Origin: a virus
Taxonomy: Duplodnaviria > Caudoviricetes
DNA: 25,665 nt
IMG/VR virus record: IMGVR_UViG_3300028280_000511
Coordinates: 1 to 25,665 of that record
Direction: 5' to 3' (one strand)
This document shows, piece after piece, positions 25,432-25,665 of this stretch. Numbering within the stretch: the stretch's first letter is position 1; every line of letters begins with the position of its first letter. The notes under the pieces are model-generated. The model did not search any database. It saw only the letters and a program-made list of their open reading frames with translations, and was not told where the DNA came from. The translations under genes and the position numbers were made by a program.

Positions 25432-25665
25432 ATGTCAGTTAAACTAAATCTTGTTTGTGAAAATCCAGATATCGTAGATCAGTTCGAGGTCTTCGAAGAG
25501 CAGACTAACAAGGACAGTGCAAAATCTCTTTTTATCAAAGGGCCTTATATGATGGCAGAAGGAGTAAATCGCAATAAGCGGTTTTACCCTCGCAATGAGC
25601 TTGAACGTGAAGTTGCTTCATATAATGAAAATTTTGTAAAGCCTGGTCGCGCTATGGGTGAGCTA
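25432..25665 (+). CDS. Prohead core protease (T4 gp21-like), 3'-truncated by the window edge
   Basis: Translated by hand: MSVKLNLVCE...LFIKGPYMMAEGVNRNKRFYP...EV..Y...GRAMGEL. This matches the gp21 NRNxRxYP and RAxGEL motifs. Confidence 0.88.
   Translation, partial: MSVKLNLVCENPDIVDQFEVFEEQTNKDSAKSLFIKGPYMMAEGVNRNKRFYPRNELEREVASYNENFVKPGRAMGEL

Noticed and set aside
1-25665. Stop-codon recoding, as seen in some large phages
   Set aside because: Genes are full length in code 11 and end in TAA, TAG and TGA at family-appropriate positions.
1-25665. CRISPR array, tRNA, intron or intein
   Set aside because: Intergenic gaps are about 100 nt or less once the 59-aa gene is counted. No repeat-spacer or cloverleaf pattern was seen, and no conserved gene is visibly interrupted.

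Overview
This window comes from a large, AT-rich T4-like (myovirus-type) phage genome read in the standard genetic code. No tRNA, rRNA, CRISPR array or IS element is visible. The left part (1-4443) holds auxiliary genes: partial folE2, a pyrimidine-dimer-glycosylase-like gene, phoH, queE with an expanded CX3CX11C motif, a P-loop kinase and a small late virion-type gene. The middle (4493-17434) is a ~13 kb glycan-biosynthesis island. It encodes about six glycosyltransferases (GT2, GT7C-like, GT11, GT10, a WavE-like protein, GT47-like) and Gmd + a His-type ColD-like dehydratase + Fcl/ColC, i.e. the logic of GDP-colitose/fucose synthesis. It also carries an epimerase, thyX, a DUF366-like gene and a tightly coupled cassette (PLC-like, HAD, PfkB, nucleotidyltransferase-RpiB fusion, cupin). 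The right part has gp62-like, GroES, DinG-like helicase and rearranged T4 virion genes (gp15, gp20, gp13, gp4, partial gp21), plus an unannotated 59-aa late gene. Two patterns stand out. First, almost every transcription unit has its promoter box (TATAAT or TAAATA) only 4-9 nt upstream of the start codon, suggesting leaderless mRNAs. Second, a [LF]-[ST]-[AGS] tripeptide is concentrated in accessory regions of virion proteins, a candidate sequon for phage-encoded virion glycosylation. All product calls come from motif recognition, not database searches.
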